A stretch of DNA of 64,000 bases from Octopus vulgaris (taxonomy: Eukaryota), in contig OX597818.1 in the NCBI GenBank assembly GCA_951406725.2, positions 11,532,001-11,596,000 of the forward strand, in the 5' to 3' direction. A program made the translations under genes and the position numbers. The notes under the pieces are model-generated. The model made no database searches and was not told the DNA's origin. It worked only from the letters and a program-made list of their open reading frames with translations. Every line of letters begins with the position of its first letter. Positions within the stretch are counted from its first letter, which is position 1. This document shows positions 1 to 11,636 of the stretch, in pieces.

Positions 1-719
1 ATGCATATTGCTGCTGTTGTAGCCATGTCAGCCCAGATCTAGCAGACATTCCAGTTGTGACCATATCATCTTAATTTTTCAAGAAGTGTATCTTATCTAG
101 GACGAAATCATCACATGTGCCTTTCTTTTAAGACAATAAATGAGAGTCGTACAGACCAATGTTCTGGTTATTGTTTAGCCCCAAATAAATCCTAAGACTA
201 TCATTTGTTGAAGCATTCTAGCCACAACCAGTCTTTTTTTTTTTCAAACTACAATACACACACACACACACATAGACTGAGGTTCTTTTATACACAAAAA
301 TAATCTATTCCAGAGACCTGTTTGTTACACAAGTAACTCAATTACATCTAGAGCAATCTGTTTCAAGTCATACTCAAAATCTACATAAAGATGTGAAATG
401 TTTTCAGGTTCAGTCTCACTGTATAGCACCTACTATAGCCTCAGGCCAACCAAAGTCTTGTGAGTAGATTTGGTAGACAGCAACTGAAAGAAGCCCATCA
501 TGTGTGTGTGTGTGTGTCTTTTTATCTGTGTTTGTCCCCCACCACTGCTTGACAACTGGTGTTGGTGGGTTTACATCCCCGTAACTTAGTGGTTTGGCAA
601 AAGAGTTCAACTGAATATGTACCAGGCATAGTCTGCTCGTGGTTTGTGGTTTGAATTTCAGCTCATTGGCTGAATATAATTTTCATCAGAAAAACTGCTT
701 GCACACAATTGATTTAGTT

Positions 720-955
720 TAATGGTTCTCAACCAGGGTCCATATAAAATTTTGATGTTAAAATTTATCTGCAATAAATTGGTTGTACTTCTACTACACA
801 CAAAATATTCTAAGAATTTTTTTGTACCATTCCTAATGATATTTAATAATAAAAAATATAATGGGACTTTTTAAATAGTGAATGGCTAGGAGGGTCCATA
901 CATGTAAAATAGGAATCACAGGGGTCCATAGGTAAACAATGGTTGAGAAACACAA
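720..955. mobile_element. hAT-type MITE (CAGTGGTTCTCAAC TIR family; other copies at 33552-33871 and 39334-40021)
   Basis: Degenerate TIRs with a perfect 8-bp TSD ATTTAGTT (712-719 and 956-963). Confidence 0.8.
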
Positions 956-2199
956 ATTTAGTTTATCATTCATATTCACTCTCCCAGCATTTATATATAG
1001 GTGTGCAGTCTACTCATTGTCTGTTGTTCAAATTTCAGCAAATGGTCTCAGAGTCACTTAAACGCATGCATTATTTGCTTCTAGTTTGATGATCAAATTT
1101 CAGTTTGATATGTGGGTTTAATTTTCTTCAAAAAGCCATTCATTATTTAATTTGTTTGCTTAGAGAACCGTTTATATATGGGTACCCCACAGTGTATGTA
1201 TGTTTGTATGTATATATATATATATACATATAGATAGATGTAGATGTGTGATAAGAAGCTTGCTTTACAACTATATGGTTCCTGGGAATGGATTTGATAG
1301 ATGGAAAGCAAAAGCAGCCCATCATCTATACATATATAGATGTAAGTTGTTTGTCTAGATGTATGTTGCCATCTACACTCATTAATGAATTTTCGTGAAA
1401 CTTTTATTTTAAAATCTACATGCAAATTTATTTGTATGTCTACTGTAAAACTAAATGTCAATTCGTTTCTACATTCATTGTAAATCTATTTCAACACTAG
1501 CGCCCCTAAGGGTTATATTCTCTGGGAACACACAAAAGCCCTTTGAAGAGTTATTTACTTTGAATTGTTATTATCTCATATCCGATTAGCCTGTTATTAC
1601 ATAACATGCTTCACAATTTTGGTATACATACCTTATTGGTATTTCCTCCTAAGTTCTATATACTCTGGGAATGCATTAAAGCCCTTTCTGGGGCTACTTT
1701 ATTTGAATTCTTATCAGCTAACTAATTTCATGTTATTACGTAACTGACTTCATGAATTAGGTATTCATAGCTTATTGGGATTTCATAAAAACAAGATCCT
1801 ATGTAAGACAGTTTGGTATTCTCTGTAAATGCACAAAAACCGTTTCAAGGACTACATACTTTGTATTGTTGTTATTGGATTAGCAAAACAATTATAAGAA
1901 TGAAACCAAGGGATAAGCCCCATTTTTCCAGGAATTACCAGGTACGTCAGCTAGTATGCGTATATAGATATATATGTGTGTGTCTTTGTCCTACCACTGC
2001 TTGACAACTGGTGGTAGTATGTTTAGGTCCCCATAACTTCGTGGTCTGGCAAAAAAGACTGATAGAATAAATATCAGGCTTTAATAAATACTGGGGTTGA
2101 TTCATTTAACTAAAAATTCTTGAAGGTGGTGCTCCAGCTTGACCACAGTCTAATGACTGAAACAAGTAAAGAAATAATAGACATATATATGTGTGTGTA

Positions 2200-2382
2200 T
2201 AATATAATAATAATAATAATAATGTGTACAGTGCTCAGGTGCACTACAACTCGTCTAAAGTGTATATATAATCAGGTGTAGTTTCGGCAGATTTCGGAAA
2301 GCATGAGGGCCTTAAAGGATGCAGTGTCATGGCAGTCAACAACTGACGCAGGCAGTTTATTCCATGCTTCAGCAACTCTGAG
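2200..2382 (-). mobile_element. CR1-type LINE 3' end fragment
   Basis: [15 protein letters not shown]...FK followed by a (TAA)n tail; similar to 30784-31435. Confidence 0.8.
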
Positions 2383-2398
2383 TATGTATATATATATA

Positions 2399-2637
2399 TT
2401 GGGTTGGTGCATAATTATTGCAGCTTTTTTTTCAACAAATTTCCATTCAACAAAAACAATAAAAACATGTAACAAAAACATCTTTAAATGATTATTCTGG
2501 GACATATTCACCATCTACTTCAATTACTGCTTACCATTTGCTTGGCAGATGGTTAAACCATCATTTAAAGATGTTTTTGTTAAATATTGTTATTGTTTTT
2601 GTTGAAAAAAAATCACAATAATTATGCACCAACCCTA
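2399..2637. mobile_element. Mariner-type MITE
   Basis: TIR GGGTTGGTGCATAATTATTG / CAATAATTATGCACCAACCC, inserted in (TA)n. Confidence 0.8.
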
Positions 2638-2804
2638 TATATATATATATATTCCAAGAAAGTTAGAGGTTGTGAATCCAACCAACTAAGGGATAATATC
2701 TATCCAATACACTGCTGGTAGAATACCCAATTAGTAATACACAAGTGTTTTTTATTGAGTGTACTAAATGGGTGAGGTAGAGTTATTTTACCATTAATTT
2801 ATAG

Positions 2805-3057
2805 AGCAATAAGAAAATGGAGGGGATCAATAGGTGGTTCATCGAATTTTAGACATTATATTATGTCAAATTTATTTATTTATTTACTAAAATGACAATT
2901 ACAAGAATATACATACATGTATAACATATTATGCTTTACATATGTATATTCTTGTAATTGTCACTTTAGTAAATGAATAAATAAATAAATAAATTGACAT
3001 AATATAATGTCTAAAAGTTGATGAACCACTTATTGACCCCTCCATTTTCTTATTGCT
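2805..3057. repeat. Long imperfect inverted repeat (arms about 110 bp)
   Basis: AGCAATAAGAAAATGGAGGGG... / ...CCCCTCCATTTTCTTATTGCT. Confidence 0.9.
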
Positions 3058-3144
3058 TTCTCTCTCTCTAAATCATCATCATCATCATCGTTTAACGTCC
3101 GTTCTCCATGCTAGCATGGACGATTGAAGAAAAAACCGGTGATG

Positions 3145-3197
3145 AGTGAATGTGCATATTTCAAGAGTCATTGCTCTTTCATCAGCACCACACCCAG
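3145..3197 (-). ncRNA. Minimal hammerhead-like motif (left arm of an inverted pair)
   Basis: CUGAUGA-AAGAG-caauga-CUCUU-GAAA-UAU-G-CAC. Position 17 is G, so probably inactive. Confidence 0.5.
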
Positions 3198-3480
3198 CTC
3201 ATCAACTATCCATGGATGCAATGCTTAAATACCTACTAAGTTTAGTGCAATGCTAACACAAATGTAAGACACAATATTACCTTGTAAACCTTTGATATAC
3301 TTGATAGCATATTATGGTTGTAAAACGAAATATTACTATTACTAACCTTACTAACAATTAATATAGTTATATAATAATTACTACAAATATGTTTAACACA
3401 TAAATTGGTCTAGTTATATGATAGTGTTACACTGCTAAACTTAGTGGATATTTAAGCAATGCGTTTGTGAATAGTTGATG

Positions 3481-3536
3481 GGTTGAATGACATACTGATG
3501 AAAGAAGAATACTTCTTGAAATATATATCCATTACC
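3481..3536 (+). ncRNA. Minimal hammerhead-like motif (right arm of an inverted pair)
   Basis: CUGAUGA-AAGAAG-aaua-CUUCUU-GAAA-UA-UA, stem I AAUG.AUA/UAU.CAUU. Confidence 0.5.
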
Positions 3537-4822
3537 AATTTTTTTCTATCTTTGATTGCATTTTCTTTCCTAAATGCATTCGTATACAAAACAACCTTCA
3601 GTGTTGGATTTGAATTGTATAAAAAATCTGTAGAGATAAAGTTAAGAATGAGAATATCATCATACTGTTAACACAAAAGTAAGACAATATTGATTAGTAA
3701 ACCTCTAATATACTTGACAGTATATTATATTTGCAAAATGAAATACTGTGTCCTTGCTAGCTATTATATATATATATATATATATATATAAAAAGGCCAT
3801 TGGTTAAGTTAACTGTGGCTGATTCTTGTAGCTGTGTGTTGGTTATGCATTAACTGGTCAAGTCCATGCACCTGAAGTTACTGTAGCTCAAAGGTGGAGA
3901 ACCCCACCCACCCATCAGTGCAATTGCACCCATGAGCCCATTTTATTGCACCTGTAGGCTGGTATACTACAACAGTTAGACTTAAACAAAATCATCCACC
4001 TTTTACTCTGTAATTGCCATTTGAATGGAAATTTTGTTTTCACTATAAAACATATTGCTAGGTCTGTCCCACCTCCTTGAGGCCCAACTACACTCTACCT
4101 GAAAAATATAGAATATCTCGTAAGTAATATAAACATCTTAAATTCAGTGGCAGCATTAATGCCGATGTTATGCATTAATTTAATGTCTTAAACTTATATT
4201 TATTAATGTATATCGAATTATACATAGATATATATAAGATTTACACAAATATGAGAGTTAGAACTTGTGATCCACCCACAGACCTTTTTCTTTGAAATTT
4301 TTGCCCGCTGCACGAAAAAGTTTCCCCACCCCTGACAAGAACCAGGTAAATTCAATGTGACTGTTATTCATTAAAATCCATTATAAAAATACACAGCAAA
4401 AGTCTCACATACTAAGAAGTAACTAGTTTGGTAATTTTAACTAACTATATTTGGAACAGTGGATGATGCGTCATAGTTGAAATTCTGTAGCATGTTCATG
4501 GCTCAGTTCTGTGTGCGGGGCAGCGTTGGCAACAGGAAAAAAAATAGAAAGATGTTCACTTGGCTTTTGATCTTGTCTCTCTCTCTCCACTCTGCTCTAT
4601 AGAGTGAGAGACCATTCCTTATATAACGATTGGTGAGCAGGAAGAAAATTTTTCTGTTCTGGAATAAAAACAGTAGCTCAGACACTGATTGGCTAGTTAA
4701 GACCATCCAATATTTGCAAAAGATTTAGTCCAACCTTAATCACATGATCAAATGTTGACAATGCTGAAAATACGCCCATTTGAAATAATTTAAAGCTAAA
4801 TAGCCTAATAGACAATGTTTGC

Positions 4823-4861
<39 letters not shown>

Positions 4862-5794
4862 AGACACACACACATAAATACAGATATATCAAATACCATA
4901 CAACATAAATTCTTGATTTATCTTCACGTCTTGAAGATGTGTCACTATTACCAAATGGTAATTTAGCCCTTTTTATACCAACCTACCTGAGACTGGCCTT
5001 GGTTCTGTGATATAAACTTATGCTTTAAAGACATTTACATTAAAACTTTCCATCAAAATTCCATAATTTATCTTCCAAACACCAGCGTAATAACACTAAA
5101 TTCTTTATTATTTTCAAAATTAATTGGAACAAAGGCAGTGTTTCTCAGTAGAGATGTGATAACAAGAGTTAAACCAGCTCCATATGAGAAGGGGAGATAA
5201 TCTAAGGAATCATGAATCCTCCAAAGTTGATATGCTACTAAGGAAATGGACAACCTTATCATCTGCTGATAAGAGGATAGCTGTGGTTATATTTCTGCCT
5301 CAATAAGCATCATCAGGACAACTATAGTCCAATCTTATTTCCAAGGGACTATGACCTATACAAAAGGAGTAGAACATGTTTATGGCCTAGATAATTTGCA
5401 TAAGTCAAGCAAAAAAAAAAATGATCTAAGAGAAAAAACTCAGTGGCCAGTGGCAGGTTTTTGAACATAGACAAATACAAGTGGAGACATGGCTGTACAG
5501 TTAAGCTCACTTTGCAAACACGTAGCTTTGGGTTCAGTCTCACTACACAGCACCTTGAGCTTCCACTATAGCTCCAGATGGGCCAATACCTTGTGAGTAA
5601 ATTTGGTAGAAGGAAAGTGTGTGGAAGCCTGTTATGTGTGAGTATACATGTACGTGCGTGTGTGTGTGTGTATGTATACCAAAATCAATAAAATGAGTAC
5701 AGTGGATTTGTCGTGGGGAGTGGAAAATCTAGAGTTCCAGACAGAGTTCTTTAAGGAAAAAGAATCAACAGGAGAGGAATTAGAAATAGTAGAG

Positions 5795-5865
<71 letters not shown>

Positions 5866-5879
5866 GAGAGAGAGAGAGA

Positions 5880-6195
5880 TGTTCAGGAAGACGTGGGACA
5901 AGGTGGCAAAATATGATCTTCGGTTGCCGAGCCTCATTGAGGCAATGACAAGTGACTGAGACTTCTGGCGATTTACTGTGCTTGAGAAGCCAAGTGAATT
6001 GTGATCATTGCCAGTGTCGGTGACACAGATGAAGGCACTCAGTACACTCTGTAAAGTGGTTGGCGTTAGGAAGGGCATCCACCCGTAGACACAAAGTCAA
6101 AACAGACGACTGAAGCCTAGTGCAGCTCTCCAGCTTATCAGTCCCAGCCAAACCCACACCAGCATGGAAAATGGACGTTAAATGATGATGATAAT
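5880..6195 (+). mobile_element. RTE-type LINE 3' end with (GAT)n tail
   Basis: RKTWDKVAKYDL...; 3' UTR GGTTGGCGTTAGGAAGGGCATCCA...CAGCATGGAAAATGGACGTTAAATGATGATG, shared with many copies (about 20880-21200, 24560-24740, 27770-27975, 36905-37110, 39450-39900, 42730-42900, 45100-45450). Confidence 0.75.
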
Positions 6196-7587
6196 ATGAG
6201 TGTGTGTGTGCGTGCGCGCCTTTGTGTTTGTCCACCCACACTGCTTGATAACTGGTGTTGGTTGGTTTGTTTATGTCCCCGTAACTTAGCGGTTCGGTAA
6301 AAGTAAACCGATAGAATAAGTACCAGGTTTTAAAAAAAAAATTAGTGGTGGGGTCGATTTGTACGACCAAACCCTTCAAGGCGGTACACCAGCAAAACCG
6401 AAGTCCAGTGACTGAAACAAGTAAAAAAAAAAAATTTTTTTAAATACACACATACACAAAACGGGCTTGTGCAGTTTCTGTCTCATAAATTCCACTCACA
6501 AAGTACTGCACGTGTTATTTGCCCAAACTGCCGCCAAAGTGGGATTGAACCGTGAACCATTTGGTTGTGAATCGAACTTCTTCAAATATCTCCATTTTTA
6601 ACAGCCGAACTGCACATCAAAGAGAACAATGAAACATTTCTTCAACCTGTCTGAGGCACGGGTTATTTCGAGCTCTGCAACTATAGATTGCACTTCGTTG
6701 TCTGACTGCTTCCTTATACTGAGAGGGTTTCTAAATGTGGTAGCTCGAGAAGCATAGAAATGGCAGCCAAATCTACCCTACAATCTTCAAAACAGTGAAG
6801 GACACCTTGGACAGCACACATGAGCCTCTAAGTGATCGTTCAAACTGTTAGAGATAGCAGCCAAATCTCTATTAAAGCAGTTACGTTTCTTTAAAAAAAA
6901 TTCATCAGAGTGTAGTCGCAGAAATCTGTAAGACAAGTTGGTCGCGGCTGGAGTTCCTTTGGTGATGAAATAAGAAGTCTGCTTAAAAACAACTGGTCTG
7001 GGGTTTAAAGGAAACAGTTTACGTGCCAGATATCCGGTTGCTCATGGTCGCTATTTAACCCCAGGTCTGTCCTGTTCAAGCTGACCTACGATTAACAATA
7101 TTTCAGCCGTCACGATCTAATTTTTTAGCTGGATATTTTAAACTGTATTATCTAACGTATCACATTTTGTTAAGACAGTAGTGTAATTTGAAGGCCATTT
7201 GACCGCTATTTTTAGAAGATTAGACGAATTGGAGAAAAATCTCCGTCAAAACGCAGAAAATTCAACTTATGTGGGCATCCTGATCCGAAACTCCACAAAG
7301 TCATTAGCTCGTCACCTCAAACTAGCACTCCAGCGAAATAGCAACCAAATCTCCCTTACATCACATTTTAGTTTTTAACATAAGAAAAGATTATAATACA
7401 CAATGTAATTTATACAAAAAAAAAAAAGCAAAATTAGCAAGCCGATCACAAACGGAACGACTGCTGGATTAAAGCTACCTGAGACTACATTGGTTGTGCA
7501 GAGAAATAACTTTGAAAAAATAAATGAAGGTCGCTGCATCAAACAATTGTCTATAATACACGCCCACATAACATATATACACACATA

Positions 7588-7622
<35 letters not shown>

Positions 7623-7680
7623 AGGTTTGGAGATGATGTACAGATATTATAGATATTTATTTATATATTACATTTTTTAC

Positions 7681-7808
7681 ATATATATCATATCATTCAG
7701 ATTATTAGCGCTTTCTCCCATTCTAGTGGGGTTTTCAAATCAAATTTGATTTGAAAACCCCACTAGAATGGGAGAAAGCGCTAATAATCTGAATGATATG
7801 ATATATAT
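7681..7808. repeat. Perfect spacer-less palindrome (64-bp arms; imperfect extension to about 7647-7840)
   Basis: Centre CAAA|TTTG at 7744/7745; arms checked base by base. Confidence 0.95.
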
Positions 7809-7882
7809 ATGTAAAAAATGTAATATATAAATATCTATAAATATGAACCATCCGATCTTCTGATTACCTCATTTCTTCTAAT

Positions 7883-7915
<33 letters not shown>

Positions 7916-8141
7916 TATAAGGTTGTTTGTTATAGCTGGTCAGATAGTGACCATGAATTTCGCACCTATAAGGCGCTTAGCTGTATAGGTGACAATATAG
8001 CGAAGCGCCTTATTTAGGTGCGAAACCAATGGTCACTCTCTAACCGGTCACAACAAACTACCTTCTAAATATTATTACTGTTTTAGAATGGGCTTCTTGA
8101 TATTCATATCTATTTATATCTATACATGTCTATCTCACTCC

Positions 8142-8179
<38 letters not shown>

Positions 8180-8529
8180 CGGGAAGCTTTATGAAAATAG
8201 ACAAAAGACGAAGGCAGGTTTACGGAAATAAACAAAAGACGAAGGCAGGTGGAATACAAACAAACAATTGTATTAGTATGGCGCTCAGGAAATATATATA
8301 TATATGAGAAATATATGGATAAAACGAATGCCATGCACCATCCGTTGCGGTCCGCTACATTCTTGAGTTCAAATCCCATCTTCCCATCTGCTTCAACTTT
8401 TTCATTCTTGCAGGGATCGAGAAATAAGGTACCAGTCCAGTTAAGTGGATCAGAACGTCGAATATATATATATATATACATAGATCACCATATATATATA
8501 TATATATATATAAATATAAACATAGATCA

Positions 8530-8574
<45 letters not shown>

Positions 8575-8965
8575 AATGCAGGGGGTGGGGTGAATCTACG
8601 GAACCTGAATAAAAATAGTGGTCTGCGTTGGTCTTAAAGTGGATTAAATTGTTATTTTGCAGTATGGAAGGTATTGAATCTATTTCAGTATCTGATTGAA
8701 TATTATTTTTATCGAACCCGCAAGAATGAGAGTCAAAGCTAGTCTCGGCATCATTTGAATTCAGAATAATACCGCAAGCATTTTGTCTAATAGTTTTGTC
8801 TGCTTTAAGGCAATCTGGAAGAACGCAAGTAACTTTGTTGAAAGGGGAGACAGGGTGAACAAATATATAGAAAGAGAAAGTTAATATATGAAAGCATAGA
8901 GAAAAATAGCAAGTAAAAGAGAAAGAGATGGGGATAAACTAGACTATTTCCATTATGTTACTTAC

Positions 8966-9014
8966 TAACTGTCGTCCTCAAAGAATTAGCAAGAGGTAAG
9001 ACCCTGGGAAGCAT
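8966..9014 (-). CDS. Candidate first coding exon of a divergent gene (MLPRVLPLANSLRTTV, mitochondrial-presequence-like)
   Basis: ccaaaaATG context, perfect |gtaagt donor at 8965-8960, ETS motif about 80 nt upstream, CpG-depleted repeats further left. No second exon identified with confidence. Confidence 0.4.
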
Positions 9015-9093
9015 TTTTGGTCTCTGGGTGGTTAACTGAAGACACACGAAACACCTTGAAGAATTTCTCCGTTCCTTTGACCTTCAGGAAAAT

Positions 9094-9497
9094 CACTTCC
9101 GGTCGAGAACGTGAAAGAAAAAAAATTCTTTTCCTGTCCAATTATTGTTTTTATTTGTCATAAAAATTTTTAGAATTATTATTTCCTCACATGAAAAATA
9201 TATATGGATTTAGATTAATAATACTTTTTTTTAAATGTGTGAATACATGTATTTGTATGTCTGTGTATCGTTTCGTACGGTAGAAATATAAAACAAACTT
9301 AAATATCAAAGAAGCTATTTTTAATTTCTTTTTAATTGTTAGTGCTTCGAAAATTTAAAAACGCCTTAATATCAATCAATTATAAATCGTTTTGTTGATT
9401 TTTTATAAATTTATTAGCCATTGATTATTAGGAACTGCATTTAGCCCTTATCAGTCACGTGATATTCTAATCCGTCACAAAAGCGAAGCAGACGTCA
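9094..9497 (-). promoter_or_regulatory. Putative promoter motifs: ETS CCGGAAGTG (9094-9102), E-box/CLEAR-like GTCACGTGA (9454-9462), CRE-like GACGTCA (9491-9497)
   Basis: Three motifs clustered in non-repetitive, CpG-retaining DNA upstream of the candidate exon. Confidence 0.35.
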
Positions 9498-9759
9498 ACA
9501 ATGATATTGACATTTCAATTTTCTTCTTTTTGATTTTAGTAAACAAATCAAACTTATCCTAGTCGCATGTTATATAATAATAATAATAATAATGATTTCT
9601 TTTATTTACCACCAGGGCTAATAATGATAATAATAATAATAATAACAACAACACACACAAGGTTGCAAAAGCAACTATAATTTTGGAAACAAATAATATA
9701 AATAATAAATGATTGGAAATTAAACCGGTGTGTGTGTTGGATATTAAGGCAGTATGGAC

Positions 9760-9919
9760 CAGGCGTGGTCCCAGGAATTTTTCGAAAGGAGAACACAAGG
9801 TTGGAAGAGAATACAATTCCATGAGAAAAGGCGTGATAACATTATTTAGAAGGGTACACTTCTTATCTTGAGCGGGGCATGTGTCCCCGCAGGTCTCCAT
9901 CCCTTTGGGTCTGCCCTTG
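9760..9919. mobile_element. Degenerate GC-rich MITE
   Basis: Ends CAGGCGTGGTCCCAG ... GGGTCTGCCCTTG resemble CAGGGGCGGATCC-type TIRs. Confidence 0.45.
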
Positions 9920-9933
9920 ATGACTTACCCCAG

Positions 9934-9990
<57 letters not shown>

Positions 9991-10349
9991 GTAGAGAGAG
10001 AGACAGGGAGAGAGGAACCAGCTTCAGTAGCTATGTATGTGTATGTGTGTGTGCGCGCAAATACATTTACACCTGCAGACATATAACGTATATACGTTAT
10101 ACACACATATTTGTATGTATAATATACGTTATATATACGCAGGTGTAGATGTGTTTGTCAGACAGGGTGGTGTATTTGTGTATATACATATATAACTGAT
10201 TTGTATATTAAAGTTTTGCGGCGATGGTGAATGTTTTACGGTTTATGGCTTTTTTTGCGTATGTGTATTTATTTGTATTTACGTCTATCCGTGTATGCAT
10301 GTGCGTATAGACTACGTTTTTGTATATCCGCGTATGTATGTATATATCC

Positions 10350-10597
10350 CCGTGACCGACCAGACTATCACATGTTGCTACACATCGCTGGTCACAATGC
10401 GCTTTGCATTGTTTTAGCCTTCGAATGACGCCACCCCACTGGCTAAGCGAGCAGGCCAACAGAAGAAAGAGTGAGAGAAAGTTGTGGCGAAAGAGGTGTT
10501 TTCGCTCAATAAAACACACAACGCCCGGTCTGGGAATCGAAACCGCGAACCTACGACCGCGAGTCCGCTGCCCTTACCACTGGGCCATTGCGCCTCC
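10350..10597 (-). mobile_element. tRNA-derived SINE
   Basis: A-box TGGCCCAGTGG and B-box-like GGTTTCGATTCCC in a tRNA-like head followed by a non-tRNA body. Confidence 0.75.
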
Positions 10598-10819
10598 ACG
10601 TATGTGTATATAGGGATGTGTATATGAGCATCTTGATGCGTGCGTTTTTACGTATGTGTTTTTATTTGTATACACGTTTTCCGCGTATGTATATGCATAT
10701 AAACCACGTATTGTATACCTACGTATGTATGTGTGTGTGAGTGTCGAGATGTATATATGAACGTAGTGGTGCGTGGATGAGTATATTAGCATGTGTATGT
10801 GCGTGTATACGTAGACATT

Positions 10820-11014
10820 CTTTATTCTTTTACTTGTTTCAGTCATTTGACTGCGGCCATGCTGGAGCACCATCTTTTAGTTGAGCAAATCGACCCCAGG
10901 ACTTATTCTTTGTAAGTCTAGTACTTATTCTATCGGTCTCTTTTGCCGAACCGCTAAGTTACGGGGACGTAAACACCAGCATTGGTTGTCAAGCGATGTT
11001 GGGTGACAAACACA

Positions 11015-11078
<64 letters not shown>

Positions 11079-11180
11079 TACATATATACAAGGGGCTTCT
11101 TTCAGTTTCCGTCTGCCAAATCCACTAACAAGGCTTTGGTCGGCCCGAGGCTATGGTAGAAAACACTTTCCCAAGGTATC
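10820..11180 (-). mobile_element. SINE family 1 (tRNA head, CORE-like GGCACCTTGGGCAAGT, internal (TG)n/(TA)n). Other copies at about 405-625, 1970-2180, 5485-5670, 6200-6580, 12575-12960, 22195-22490, 24880-25170, 28400-28995, 30145-30505, 41812-42208, 45988-46345, 52420-52705, 57655-57795
   Basis: Shared blocks such as CCGAACCGCTAAGTTACGGGGACGTAAAC and CAGTCATTTGACTGCGGCCATGCTGGAGCAC recur across the window. Confidence 0.9.
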
Positions 11181-11349
11181 ACGCATATATGTGTGTGTTT
11201 GTATGTATATGTACACACGTGTGAGTATGTATATAGATATATATGCATACATGTGTGTGTGTGTGTGTATGTATGCATATGCAGATTCTATGAATGAAGT
11301 ATTACTTTCACCGTGCCTATTAGAGTAATTTCCCTTTATTTAACAAGTT

Positions 11350-11424
11350 TTGTCTAAATAACTGATGAGATGCCGGAGCAGACTTCATCTCCGGTATCTG
11401 AAACTCTGAGTTTTATTATGGCAA
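11350..11424 (+). ncRNA. Type I hammerhead ribozyme motif
   Basis: CUGAUGA at 11362-68, 10-bp stem II GAUGCCGGAG/CUCCGGUAUC, one extra U, GAAA at 11400-03, stem III ACUC-U-GAGU, GUU triplet, stem I AAUAA/UUAUU plus UUGUC/GGCAA. Confidence 0.72.
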
Positions 11425-11636
11425 CCAACTAATTGTCATATATTATATTTATAGATAAATTCCTCTATTTTATATAATATCGAGATCTCATTCATTCTTT
11501 TGTTGTCATATTATTATCTATACATATAAATTTGACATGGGTGATTCTTTCTTGTCTCGGTATTCACGGTCAAACGCGAAAAATTACACAGATGTTTAGA
11601 ATGATTCATTGGTGATGCTGGGCTTTGTATTTTTTT

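Noticed and set aside
4560-4660. Second exon of the putative minus-strand gene (also considered 4006-4098 and 6645-6718)
   Set aside because: Each gives a stop in the phase required by the gtaagt donor. Phase-0 readings show no recognisable homology.
10520-10597. tRNA gene
   Set aside because: The tRNA-like head runs into a SINE body with no complete cloverleaf or terminator.
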